A stretch of 64,000 nt of DNA, from the NCBI GenBank assembly GCA_951406725.2, contig OX597827.1, positions 66,340,001 to 66,404,000 on the forward strand, in the 5' to 3' direction. The notes under the pieces were generated by a model that saw only the letters and a list, made by a program, of their open reading frames with translations, made no database searches and was not told where the DNA came from. The stretch comes from Octopus vulgaris. Lineage: Eukaryota. Of the stretch, positions 13,043 through 25,688 are shown one piece after another. The position numbers and the translations under genes were made by a program. How positions within the stretch are numbered: the stretch's first letter is position 1; each line of letters begins with the position of its first letter.

Positions 13043-14240
13043 TCTGTATATATATACGGCAAGATGTGTGTCTGTGTGTGTGTACGTGATTGTAGTTTAT
13101 GCACATCTGCAAATTAGCACGCATGTCGCTTAAATTTTAGGAGGACATTCGTCAACATCCTATCTGGGTTTTGTCAACTTATTTTTCTCCCGAGGCACTC
13201 GCGGATAGCGGTAAAAATCTATTTTCAGCCATAACTTTTAGCGGTACAAATCTATTTTCAGCCATAGCTTTTTGACGGCGTCTAACAAGAAACAAGATAA
13301 AAAAGAGTGGAAGAAGAGAGGCAGAGAATTTCACGGGAAAGATAAAGTGACAGAGGGAGAGAGAGTAAGTGACGACGTTCCTAAAAATCTATTTTCAGCC
13401 ATAGCTTTCTGACGGCGTCTAACAAAAAAAAAAATTAAAAGAAAATTGGAAGAGGAGCAGAGAGTTTCACAGGAAAGACAAAGTGAAAGAGGGAGAGAGA
13501 GAGAGTAATTGACGACGTTCATAAAATAAAAAATCTAAAATGTTTTGTCTTTTCTTAAACAGGAGATATAGTGTTCAAATTCAGGATGTTTTTGAAAGAC
13601 ACTATATTTTATAATCTTAGTATGTATACTTTCTCACACAACAATTACAATATATTTATTTTAAATCATTTATTTATTTTAAATCGTTCATCTTTCTCCC
13701 CCTCTCTCTCACACACATTACTTTGGGTGTGAAAGAGTTTTATTTTAATTTTACGCCGAGTAAAAAAGTGTTTTGTTGACAATCCATTTATCTAACAACA
13801 AAGAAACACAGAGGTGAGTATCAATTTGTCTGTGAATTGCACAATATAAATCGGTACAATTTCCGAGGCTTCCACCACACCCACTCCGTTTCACAGACCA
13901 CAAAATTGTTTTGTAGCATAGTTGATTCCACGCAAAAAAAACGATTATTTTTCTTAGTGAAAATCGTGCGAGTGTTAATCTACTAATTTAACAAAAATTT
14001 TCCATTCATTTCTGTTTATGAACATGCACAAAACATGCATTAGGTGTACGTACGTACATGTCTGTTCGTCTCTGTTGCCCATATATATTTAGGTTATATT
14101 ATATTATATATGTATAATATATATAATATAACCAATTTCATCGGATTTTGCCCAAATTTGACGTCGACATTATTTAGTTTGGTTTGAAATAAAGAACTCG
14201 ATTAGCTTAATAATCGTAACTTAATTCCGAGCAAGGCTAG
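13043..14240 (+). mobile_element. Non-autonomous Helitron (~1.2 kb) with internal tandem duplications
   Basis: A|TC at 13043 followed by TA/GT-rich 5' region; CTAG|T at 14237-14241, preceded by CCGAGCAA as in the 46978 element; AATCTATTTTCAGCCATA x3 and a ~135-bp duplicated unit at 13250-13520. Confidence 0.6.
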
Positions 14241-14264
14241 TATTTATATATATTATAAATAATA

Positions 14265-14360
14265 TCAAGGTAATAAAAATTTTAGAAATTTTTACTACCA
14301 GTGGCCTAACGTGTAGAAAATTAGTCAAAAGTCTATATATTATTCATATAAATACAGTGT
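14265..14360 (-). mobile_element. Dispersed repeat fragment (homologous to 56868-56968), possibly a PLE terminus
   Basis: ctaccagtgg.cta.cg...aa.tagtcaa.ag.ctatata.tattcatataaa shared by both loci. Confidence 0.55.
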
Positions 14361-14477
14361 TCCTTCAAGCGTGTCAGGAATCTTATGATAGATACCTCTT
14401 ATGTGTGTCAATGTAAACTGTATATATATATATATGTATATATATGTTTATGCACTGACACACAAGCACATATATAT

Positions 14478-14680
14478 ATCTTTTCTACTCTAGGTACAAG
14501 GCCCGAAAGTTTGTGGGAGGGGCCCCAGTCCATTAGATTGAACCCAGTACGCAACTGGAACTTTATTCATCGAACCCAAGTGATGAAAGGCAAAGTCGAC
14601 CTCGGTGGAATTTGAACTCAGAACGGTAAAGACAGACGAAATACCGCTAAGAATTTCCCCGGCGTGCTAACGTTTTACCG
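14478..14680 (-). mobile_element. SINE family D (Nin/Deu-domain type)
   Basis: Reverse of GTTCTGAGTTCAAATTCCRCCGAGGTCGACTTTGCCTTTCATC, a Nin/Deu-like core. Confidence 0.85.
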
Positions 14681-14891
14681 CTTTACACACACACATATAT
14701 ATAATGCCTGTATAATTACATATATGTATGTGTGCACCTACGTATATGTAGTATATGCATAACGTGCCTATGCATCATATTTATATATATATATATATAG
14801 GGAGAGAGAGAGTGAGAGAGAGAGAAAGGGGAGAAGGCTAGAGAGAGAGAGATTGGTAATTAGAGAGACAGATAGATAGATGTGTATAATG

Positions 14892-15193
14892 TACCTGTTT
14901 TTTTTAATAAGTATCCCGACTGTTGCCGTGGAAACGAAGCTAAAGCATGCAGATTGAAACTGCGTGGCACCGATTGACTTTGAATTCCGCTGTACATGCA
15001 ACCTAATTTTAACATTCTAGCTCACTTCCGCTATTTGCAGCAGAGCTTGGAAGGAAGGTGTGTAGCGTGTGATCATCGCATTGGCTATCACAATGAAAGT
15101 TAAGCAAAGAATCTGCATCAAATTTTGGCAAGAGCTTCGCGAGAGCTTAGAGGCCTACGCGAAAAGTCTGAATACTTATTGATCAGCTCCGTA
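14892..15193 (+). mobile_element. Mariner internal-deletion derivative (MITE-like)
   Basis: Imperfect TIRs AATAAGTATCCCGACT / AGTCTGAATACTTATT with TA ends; retains transposase start MKVKQRICIKFWQEL (QR..IKF HTH motif). Confidence 0.7.
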
Positions 15194-15363
15194 TGTATGC
15201 ATGGATATATAAATATATATATACATATGCTTAGATAAGTGTGAGTGTACGAATGTTTGTATTTAGGTCGACAGGTTGAAATACTTGTACGAGTATATAT
15301 ATCAAATGTTAGTTGTAAGAAACAAATAAAAGTTACTTATTACCGAGGGTAAAGTGTAAATAT

Positions 15364-15621
15364 TCATGTTTGTTCCTTCTCGTATAGTTCCCCAACTGGA
15401 CGAGACGCCGGTCCGTCGCAGGTGAGCTGCAAGATGCAGGAGGAAAGAGTGAGAGAAAGTTGTGGCGAAAGAGTCAGCAGAAGTTCGCCAATACCTTCGG
15501 TCGGAGCTGCGTGGAGCTTAGGTGTTTTGCTCATAAACACACATCACCCGGTCTCAGATTCGAACCCGTGATCCCTCGACCGCGATGTCCGCTGCTCTAA
15601 CCACTTGGCCATGTGCCTCCA
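15364..15621 (-). mobile_element. SINE family B with alternative 3' tail
   Basis: Same tRNA-Arg head and body as 6655-6960; TSD GTAAATAT at 15356 and 15622. Confidence 0.88.
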
Positions 15622-16265
15622 CGTAAATATACCTTTTCTTTATTTCTGATATCTTTATTGACTACGACTTATAAAGATGAGTCGCAGCTATCTTCGCTCA
15701 TTCTGTTTTTCAGTGAATCCTTTAGAACTTAATAAACCAACTTCAAAATCAAGAACAGAGAATCTGTGAATATGTACTTTAATTATTTTGTATGAACTTC
15801 GTCATATTATAAATCATTATATATGCTTTTTGTTTTCTTTAGTAATCATTATCACATCATCTACTCGTGTTATTGTGTGTATATCGACAGTGTAATTGTA
15901 TTATTATTGCTTAATCAGTTCTGGTTCATAGACAATCAAAATCAGATAATCATTTTATTTCTATACGTATGAAATTAGATTTCATTTTGTCACAATTAAA
16001 AATTTTGCCAATTTAATTTTCTGCATTCATAATCTTTGAAACTCTCCGTTTCGATATTTCTTTCACTTTTGCTATAGATTGATCGATCTCTATGTATATA
16101 TGTGTAGCTAGATAAAAACGCTGGCACATATGAGTAATTGTATATGCGTATATAAAAGTGCAAATAGATACAAACACGTACACATGTCTGTATGTATACG
16201 AACAATCACATCACATACACATAGTATCTCACTTTCTCTCTCTGTCTCTCACTCTCTCTCTGTAC

Positions 16266-16302
<37 letters not shown>

Positions 16303-16304
16303 AC

Positions 16305-16681
16305 CCTCTCTTTTACTTCTTTGGTTCTTTCAGTCATTTGACTGCGGCCATGCTGGAGCACCGCATTCAGTCGAATCAAACCGACCACAGGACTTATCCT
16401 TTGTAAACCTAGTTCTTACTATATCGGAATCTTTTGCAGAACTTCTAAGTTACGGGGACCTAAACATACCAGCATCGGTCGTCAAGCAATGTTGGGGGAG
16501 GACAAACACAGATACACAACATATACACACAAATACATACATATATATATATATATATATATGATTGATTCTAGTTTCAGCTCACGAGCTGTGGCCATGC
16601 TGGGGCACAGCCATTTGGTGTTGCTACTTGGTTATACTACACGAATGCTTTTTAGCAACTGCCATTTGGTGCATGAGAGAG

Positions 16682-16717
<36 letters not shown>

Positions 16718-16880
16718 GACGGGCTTCTTTCAGTTTCCGTCTACCAAATCCAGTCACAAGTCATTGTTCGGCCCGAAGCTATAACAGAAGACACTTTCCC
16801 AAGTTGCCACGAAGCGGGAAATGAAACTGGAACTATGTGGTCCGGAGGCAAGCTACTTACAACACAGTCACCCCTACGCC
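16305..16880 (-). mobile_element. SINE family A with a nested retroposon tail in its internal microsatellite
   Basis: Tail at ~16310-16365, head at ~16800-16880; foreign segment 16565-16683 lies inside the (TA)n. Confidence 0.88.
16565..16683 (-). mobile_element. 5'-truncated retroposon 3' tail (homologue at 27570-27616)
   Basis: ctagtt(t/c)cagctcacgagctgtggccatgctggggca.agccat at both loci. Confidence 0.65.
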
Positions 16881-17010
16881 TAAATATATATATATATATA
16901 TATATATAAATATATATATATTGTGATATATATAGATATGTATATATATATATATATATATATAGTGATATATATAGATATGTATGTATATATATATATA
17001 TATATGTATG

Positions 17011-17057
<47 letters not shown>

Positions 17058-17109
17058 ATGCGCGGGTGTATGTATGTGTGTGTAGCTGTGTATGTGTATC
17101 TGTAACATT

Positions 17110-17230
17110 AGAGGTTTGGCGAAGGAGCGCGATGAAATAAGTTCTGGGGTCCATTTCTTCGAATAAAACCCTTCCAGGCAGTGCTCCAGCACAACCGCAA
17201 TCAAGTACCTGAAAGAAGTAAAAGAATAAA
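17110..17230 (+). mobile_element. Degenerate SINE family A tail
   Basis: ggcagtgctccagcacaaccgcaatcaagtacctgaaagaagtaaaagaataaa. Confidence 0.65.
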
Positions 17231-17942
17231 TGAAGGAAGGAATAAATAAATAAAATCAGCTCGCTGTCAGCCGCCAAAAGCATAAAATATCAGAACATGG
17301 AATAGAAAACTATAAATACATTGAGAACGTATGTATATGTAAAAGAGAAAAAAATTTAGACAGAGACGGAAGCCAAGAACGAGCAGACAAAACGTTGAAA
17401 TTTGACTATAAGATTGCTTATGCACAATCCTTCATTTTTACCAACGTCTGCACTCAGAGACGCGCACATATAATAATGTACATACATAAAAACGCACACA
17501 TGGACATATACACTCCTTACATACACATAAGCGCTCACAGAAACACATACAATCACACACATGGATCGACAGAAGTTCGTAAAAAATAAAATGTAATATA
17601 TTTTAAAATAATAAATACAGAACAAATTACAAATCTAAAGCAAAAAGTTTCAATTGCTTCACCGCATTCAATTGGCATTTGCATATTTTTTTACTCCATT
17701 AAAATTTCCGTTTCCATATCCCCATTTTTCTGAGAATGTCCATTTAGTGCAAGAAATTATAGTCTAAAATAGAATTCTCATACGCAGGGAATGTAAGTCA
17801 ATACAAATATATGTGTGTGTGTGTGTGTGTGTGTGTCTACATGCTTGATTTTTTGTATATATAAGTATGAATATATGCATATGCGCCTATGTGTATACAT
17901 ATATGAATATAAGTTTATAGATCTATCTGTCTGTATCTATCT

Positions 17943-18071
<129 letters not shown>

Positions 18072-18188
18072 CAATTTAGGACAACTTCTTGATAAGGAAA
18101 ACTTAACAAGAAATTATCGGGTAGATAGCGTGAAAAACCTCATAAAAGAAAAAATTTCGAAAATAATTCTTTCTTATTGAACATATTA

Positions 18189-18428
18189 ATTTATATATAG
18201 AGGGCATTATTATACATACATGCCACACGCTAAGAGGGACAAAATTAGTCATTTCTACCAAAAATTTTACTAATCCCACCGAATGCAATTCTTCAAAGTA
18301 AGATTTTTAAATGTCTTACTTTGAAGAATTGCATTCGGTGGGATTAGTAAAACTTTTGGTAGAAATGACAAATTTTGTCCCTCTTAGCGTGTGGCAGGTA
18401 TGTATAATAATGCCCTCTATATATAAAT
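18189..18428. repeat. 240-bp near-perfect spacerless palindrome
   Basis: Arms 18189-18308 and 18309-18428 are reverse complements with about 5 mismatches; centre TTT|AAA; TA runs at both ends. Confidence 0.97.
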
Positions 18429-18653
18429 ATATATATATATATACAGGCACATACACGTACACGCCCGCATGCACATATATAAATATACATATGCCCCTGC
18501 AGGAATACATCTCTTCTGTTACTTATCTATTTAACTATCTTCTGTCTCTTACCCCACTTTCTCTCCCCAAGATATATGTATATACACACGCACACACATA
18601 CACACACACATATATATACACATGCATACATACATGCATACATACATACATAC

Positions 18654-18690
<37 letters not shown>

Positions 18691-18692
18691 TG

Positions 18693-18792
18693 TACTTGGT
18701 GTTATTGATAATTATTCCAAATTAATTAATATGCCGAAGACTACTTGGTGTTATTGATAATTATTCCAAATTAATTAATTTCACCCTTCATT
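18693..18792 (+). repeat. Direct repeat (38-bp core x2) at an element terminus in (TA)n, related to 20448-20502
   Basis: TACTTGGTGTTATTGATAATTATTCCAAATTAATTAAT twice; ccgaa..ctacttggt...ttaattaattt..ccctt shared with 20448-20502. Confidence 0.75.
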
Positions 18793-19042
18793 ATATATAT
18801 ATATAGATAGATAGATAGATACATACATACATACATACATACACACACACATATAGATATATAAAGGGAAGATTATAAACAAGGGTACAAAACAGTACCA
18901 GCATTGCTAGAGACAGGAGTCAAAAACGACTCAATTAGCCACAAAAACCACCATCTTAATAAGATGACAAAAGAGAGAAAGCAAGAAATATACATATATA
19001 CATTAGTGAGACAAGCGTTCAAGTGAGGCAGCAGATAAACCT

Positions 19043-19097
19043 ATGTCACATGATTTCGAACTCTGATACATTGCTTCTCAGTTCTCGTCAGTGAGAC
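19043..19097 (-). ncRNA. Degenerate hammerhead ribozyme-like motif
   Basis: Minus strand: tctca-CTGACGA-gaact...agttc-GAAA-tcatgtgaca. Core boxes and stem II intact; stem III and cleavage site decayed. Confidence 0.45.
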
Positions 19098-19763
19098 TTA
19101 CTACGCCTAATGTTTCACATAACTCACCTCGTCAACTCATAAGCGAGAATGTTAAAAGTGTGTACTATTTCAAAACGGTAGAAGTGTATACGCGTGTGTG
19201 TGTCTGTATATATAAATATTCTTTTATTCTTTTATTTGTTTCAGTCACATTTGTCTCAACCTGATATGTGTGTGTATTTATATATGTTTTTATTCTTTTA
19301 ATTGTTTAGCTTAGTAAATTTGCTGTGAAAACTGAACGATTCAAGTTTTCGGACAGACACCAGCCTTGAGAGAGAAACGATAAGAAAAGATTGATCAACG
19401 CTGTGGAAGACGAGAAAGAACTATGAAGAGAGAGAAACAAAGGAAGTTTGTACCTGAAAAGTTCTCTGAAACAGCGATACGGTTTAGTGTGATGAATGCT
19501 ACAATCTGTAGTAGATTAGTAAATTTAAGCAAATGATATTGGTGAGTTCTATTGATTTAGCTGTACGTTATTGGATGAGAGGTGAGAAGAAAACGATAAA
19601 AGTATCTATGACAGCAAATAAGCAAACGCTCACATCACAGCAAATATATATATATATGTGAACGTGTGACATGCAAAGACATGCAAGATACACACTTAAT
19701 AGTGACATGTATATGGGTGTATATATATATGATTAAAATAAGCATGAAGTATATCCAGAGTTA

Positions 19764-19853
19764 ATGCAGTACGATCGTTTCATGCGACACCATTTAATTA
19801 AACAATGCAAGTATTACATCAGTTTTAAGATTTAGAGCAATTCTCAGCTGCAT
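19764..19853 (-). ncRNA. Minimal type-I hammerhead ribozyme motif
   Basis: Minus strand: ATGCAG-CTGAGAA-ttgc...gcat-GAAAC-GATC-GTA-CTGCAT; perfect 6-bp stem I and palindromic stem III ACGATCGT; core variant. Confidence 0.7.
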
Positions 19854-19939
19854 ACAAATATAAAATTTAGTTAAATCTAAAAGATTCATTTTTACAGTTA
19901 TTCCATTAACTTTTAAATTTAACTAAATTCTCTATTTGT

Positions 19940-20029
19940 ATGCAGCTGAAGATTGCTCTACATTTTAAAACTGATGTAATGCTTGCACTGTTTAATTAAT
20001 TGGAGTCGTATGAAACGATCGTACAGCTT
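19940..20029 (+). ncRNA. Minimal type-I hammerhead ribozyme motif (inverted partner)
   Basis: ATGCAG-CTGAAGA(19946-52)...GAAAC(20012-16)-GATC-GTA-cagctt; canonical core, stem I 3' side mutated. Confidence 0.7.
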
Positions 20030-20169
20030 TACCTCTGGATATACTTCTTGGTTATTTTGATTAAAATTACACCCATTTTGAATTATATCGATGATACTAC
20101 ACTAAATTCTGGTGCCTTTAACTGAAGTACCATATTCAACTGAATCTAAATTTTAACTGAACTATATAT

Positions 20170-20172
20170 GTG

Positions 20173-20245
<73 letters not shown>
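20170..20245. repeat. (TA)n microsatellite
   Basis: Directly visible. Confidence 0.95.
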
Positions 20246-20248
<3 letters not shown>

Positions 20249-20702
20249 TCTATAATTATATGAGCATATTTATGGGATGTTGAGTATTGCTGTCTGGGTG
20301 ATATTTTGTGGTTGTAGAATCGTATTTTAGCTGCTATTTCTAAATTTCGATATGTGGTGAAGCAAACTTTGCTGAACCTTAATTATAATTATGCTCTTAA
20401 TTAAATAATTTTTGTATACGTTTACCGATAATGGTTCTTTTAACATACCGAACTACTTGGTAAAATTCTTAATTATTAATTGATTAATTAATTTTTCCCT
20501 TTATGATATATATATATATATATACATATAAGTAATATTGTATTTCTATAGATGTATAGACACGGGCATACTTACACAGTGTAGAGACATACTGATAAAT
20601 ATCACGCAAATCTTAGGATTAACAGAATATAAAAGTGGTTTAGAAATGTTAACGTACTGACATAAGACATACATAGCTTAATAATCTATCTAACTCCCTG
20701 CC

Positions 20703-21100
<398 letters not shown>

Positions 21101-21387
21101 CCGAAACTGCATGAATCCAATGAAAGTGATATTTTTAAATGTAATTATCTGTTTCATTCGGCTTCACTTAACTTCTCTAAACAAGATTCGTTTATATACA
21201 TATAGGTTATGTGAGGTCGTCAGGTAATACTGAATATATGCTGTAGATAGACCATAGTTAAGTTTCAAGTTCGGGGGTTTTTGCGAATACGGGGGTCAAC
21301 GTTGGTCATATATCACCGTATGTATATAAAAGAAATTTCGTGATGAGATAAAAAATCTACTCATCCTTGTTTTTTTTTCATCCCATT

Positions 21388-21429
<42 letters not shown>

Positions 21430-23539
21430 AAATGATATTCATAATAATATTTATTGCTATATTATATTGCTATAATATTGACAATACCCTGTTCCAGATT
21501 CTATGAAATTATGTTAGAGGAGAATGTGTACACACTAGAAGGGCTGAATTTGAAATGTTAGCTTTAAGTAGTACTTGATCGAGTGGTGCAAGGTGAATGT
21601 TGCAATGGCAGTTTCAATGAGAGGGCGTGAAAAGTGTTCACCATAGTTATGAAATAGAATAAAGATGAATAAATGAGAGAGAACCAGGTATAGTTTACAG
21701 CGTAGAATATAAATAGATTTCAACAGATTAATTGTTGAAGAAAAGTGATGTAATTGTAACGGAGATTGTCCTGTCAATACGCAGATGTTGTGGATGAGTG
21801 AGTTGTGAAAGGATGATGTTGAAAGGAAAGCAACGATGATTGGTTGGATTCTGACGTAAGAGTGAATGTTTGTGTAGAGTCTATTAACCATTGGTTAGAA
21901 GGGGGTTTAATGCAGATAGCAGGTAATTTGAGAAGTTTGATGGTTCTCTCGATACTGCTCGAACGTGGTGTATTTTAACATACATCGTATCAATTGAATT
22001 CAGTGTAATAAAAGTATTATCTATACCCCTTGTAGCGAACACAATTCCACATGGAAGATATTCCATCATTCGATAACCTAATATAAAACATATCTCACTG
22101 CTGCATAACATGTCAAAGTGGAATAAGATAAACAATTTCATTGCAGAATGATATAAATACGTACAAGAAAACAATTATTCTCAAATGATTTTTATTTGAA
22201 AATGTATTCATCTCTCTAGGAACCTGAAAATCACGTGCAATATCAAGGAACAGGCTTCTTTGTTTTACCTTGAGCTACTACGGTTACCATCCATATCAAC
22301 TCAAACAATATTTCACCTTTATGATCATCGGCAAATACCGAGACTAAGAGCATGGATGTTGAAATTGCCAAAACTCTTAATTCATTTCTAATCGCTTATG
22401 TCATTTAAATTGATATTGGGAAATTAATCCTCCTGTAGTCAATTAGGAAGTCCGTGGGGTTTTTTTTTTGTTCTTCTGGGGTGTTGTTTACTTAATTTCC
22501 TATATCTTTTCCTGTGAACCAAAACTTTCCAAGGTCTTCTCACTCAGATATTCACCAGGGGGAAAAAAGACCGCCACAATGTCTTTGGTTGTATCATTGT
22601 GCAAATCTGGATCGGAGCTTATCAAGAGAGAACTGATCACGTAAAACCAGCGGCATAATTGCGAATGGATTAGGTAAACTATATTTCGTCATTGGCTTTG
22701 CTAGAAATAGCAGAGAAATGATTCTCAACTGATACCTATACATTACATTAGGAAATGTGACACAATGTCTTAAGCTAAGATGTTATCGATTACTGTGGAA
22801 ATAGGGCTCAACAACCAGAACAAAATATAACAGAACGTGCGTGTTCCATAGAGTAACCATTATATTTTATGAAAAAAATGTCCATTTGAAAGAAAAGTAA
22901 GATAACTAAAGATTAATGTTCGGAAGACATAGATAGTAATAGATGCAATGCATCCAATATATCACGAAAAATATGTACTTCTGAAAATAAATGTTCTCAT
23001 AGTAGGTATCTTTTAATTAAATTTGCTGTAAGGCATCCCGGTTTGAGTCTGAAACAATTTATTCGGCGATTTTCTGTTAGGCATTCACCTTCATATATGG
23101 AATATATATATTAAAGAATGTACTGTAAATGAGACATATGAAATTGAGTTGTTTCACAAAGGAACAAGTAAATGGTTTTGTAGATCAATGCGTGATATAT
23201 ACGCACGCACACATACACACACACCCACACACATACATATATATATATACAAATATGAACGCATACATACATGCATGCCTTCACGATTACATATATACAA
23301 ACATTCATATATACATACACACGCATATATATATATAATATATACATGTTTTTATGTACATATGCACACATATGTATGTATACATACATACATACAAACT
23401 TATATTTTCTATACTTATCATTTATACTTATATGCATACATATATACAAATTTAATTCGGGAGACATTGATGTGTGTATGCATTTATATATATATATATA
23501 GACACACACATATATATATAAATATATATACATATATAC

Positions 23540-23609
<70 letters not shown>

Positions 23610-23612
<3 letters not shown>

Positions 23613-23890
23613 TGTATGTTTGTGTTCTGTGTTTGTCCCCGCAACATCGCTTGACAACCGATGCTGGTGTGTTTATGTCCCTGTAACGTAGCGGTTCGGT
23701 AATAGTGACCGATAGAATAAGTACTAGATTTACAAAAAATAAGTCCTGTGTTCGATTTACTCGACTAAAGGTGGTGCTCCAGTATGGCCACAATCAAATG
23801 ACTGAAACAAGTGAAAGAGTAAAGAGTAAAAGAATAAAGAGTAAAAGAGTAAAGAGTAAAGAGTAAAGAGTAAAAGAGTAAAAGAGTAAG
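23610..23890 (+). mobile_element. SINE family A 3' half with expanded (AAAGAGT)n tail
   Basis: tgtgtttgtcccc...ggtgctccagtatggccac...tgactgaaacaag followed by AAAGAGT repeats. Confidence 0.88.
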
Positions 23891-24009
23891 ATGATTAATT
23901 CACGAAATGATAAATAATAAATTAATTAAACACCTCGCTAAAATCATACTCATGTCTTTGGAGTTAAGAGGCTTACTTCCAACTGGGTAACGTGGTGCTA
24001 ATCTCTTTT

Positions 24010-24423
24010 CCTATATCCCATGACCAATCAAATCCTCGTGAGTAAATTTGGAAGCGCGAAACTGAAAGAAATGAGTCCTATATACATACGTAACTATATA
24101 TGGTGTGGCTCTGTGGTAAGAAGCTTGCTACCCAACCATATTGCACTGGGTTCTTTTTCACATACACACACACACACATATATATACATACATCCGTACA
24201 CCCATCCATATATATATATATATGTTTGTGTGTTTGCCCTACCAGCATCGCTGTTGTGTGTGTCCCAACACCATGTTGTTGTGTTTACGTCCTTGTAAAA
24301 TAGCGTTTCGGCAAATGGGATCGGATAGAATATGTACTAGGCTTACAAAGAATTAGTCCTGTGGTCGTGTTGTTAGACTAAAGACGCAGTGAAATAGCTG
24401 AAACAAGTGAAAGTGTAAAAGAG
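24010..24423 (+). mobile_element. Degenerate SINE family A pieces
   Basis: Head tggtgtggctctgtggtaagaagcttgct at ~24101; tail ctgaaacaagtgaaag; mid fragment at 24020-24080. Confidence 0.75.
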
Positions 24424-24820
24424 TGATAGTTTCGGAAGATATCCACCTGAGAACATCCAGGATTCATAAAAGGGATTTAAAAAAAAATCCAATTATACAT
24501 AATAGGAAATATCCGCTTATGCATAAAATGAAATGGAATCAATAAAGTAAAACTAATAAAGGTAAAATACGGTAAAATATTAAGTGCCATAAAAGCTGGA
24601 ACAATAAGATAACAAATATTTCCTAATCACAACAAAATCATTGATGTAAGTCACTGCGTGAAAAACCATAACAAAAATTTGTTTAGTTTCAAATATGATG
24701 CGATACGAAAAGAAATTCATAAAGGAAATCGTATATGAGATTAAAATAATACCCACAGATTTGAATTGAAAGAGAAGAGAGACTGCATCAGTGTACACTT
24801 AACCACATATATAGTGTATG

Positions 24821-24862
<42 letters not shown>

Positions 24863-24867
<5 letters not shown>

Positions 24868-25068
24868 GGAAAGTTTACGAAAATAAACAAAAGACGAAGG
24901 CAGGTGGTGCACGAACAAACAGATGTATTAGTATAGCGCTCAGGAATAGAAAAAGTATTTTACGTTTTGAGCCTACGCTGTTCTACAGAAAGATACACAG
25001 AAAAAAACAAGGAGAGAAAACAATGTGTGTAGTAGCTAACGATCTATCATGGCGTCTGACTTCGGACG
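24863..25068 (-). mobile_element. Short element inside (TA)n with decayed hammerhead-like core (PLE-related?)
   Basis: Flanked by (TA)n on both sides; minus strand CTGTAGAA-cagc-gtag-gctc-AAAACGTA; ends TTTCCCTT against (TA)n. Confidence 0.45.
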
Positions 25069-25197
25069 ATATATATATATATATATGTATATCGATAAAA
25101 ACGGTAAGAAAACAAAAGAAAGAAATACCTCGATATTATGTAAATAGAGCTATTTATCTGTAAATGTAATATGTGACAATTATTCTGTAGCCATGAT

Positions 25198-25528
25198 GTG
25201 AGGGCGCGTGGCTTAGTGGTTAGGGCATTCGGCTCATGATCGTAAGGTTGTGAGTTCGATTCCCGGCGACGCGTTGTGTCCTTGAGCAAGACACTTTATT
25301 TCACGTTGCTCCAGTCCACTCAGCTGGCAAAAATGAGGTGTAATTGTCTTTCAAAGGGTCAGCCTTGTCACTCTCTGTGTCACGCTGATTATCCCCGAGA
25401 ACTACGTTAAGGGTACACGTGCCTGTGGAATGCTCAGCCATTTGCACGTTAATTTCACGAGCAAGCTGTTCCGTTGATCGTATCAGCTGGGACCCTCGTC
25501 GTCGTAACCGGCGGAGTCTTTTTTTTTA
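25198..25528 (+). mobile_element. tRNA-derived SINE, family C (full length)
   Basis: A box TGGCTTAGTGG, B box GTTCGATTCC, GTGTCCTTGAGCAAGACACT body; TSD AGCCATGAT at 25189-25197 and 25529-25537. Confidence 0.92.
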
Positions 25529-25534
25529 AGCCAT

Positions 25535-25595
25535 GATAATATTCCAAGTTTCGGTTGTCGGAGCGCAAATACACGCTGGCATCTCTTCAGTTATC
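25535..25595 (-). ncRNA. Hammerhead ribozyme motif
   Basis: Minus strand: GATAA-CTGAAGA-gatg...caacc-GAAAC-ttggaata-TTATC. Confidence 0.6.
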
Positions 25596-25627
25596 CGGTC
25601 ATCAGAAACAATGCTATCCGATGGCCA

Positions 25628-25688
25628 GATAACTGAAGAGATGGCGGCGTGGATTTTCACCTCGGCATCCGAAACTCGGACTTTTATC
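25628..25688 (+). ncRNA. Hammerhead ribozyme motif
   Basis: GATAA-CTGAAGA(25633-39)-GATG...CATC-c-GAAAC(25671-75)-tcggactt-TTATC; stems I and II pair. Confidence 0.65.

Larger units (their letters stand above)
19731..20165 (+). mobile_element. PLE-type pseudo-LTR with inverted partial copy (arms ~19731-19885 / ~19910-20063)
   Basis: ~150-bp inverted arms, each containing a hammerhead motif; TA-rich flanks on both sides. Confidence 0.75.

Noticed and set aside
21535-22030. Decayed retroelement ORF on minus strand
   Set aside because: Composition is suggestive but there is no diagnostic motif.
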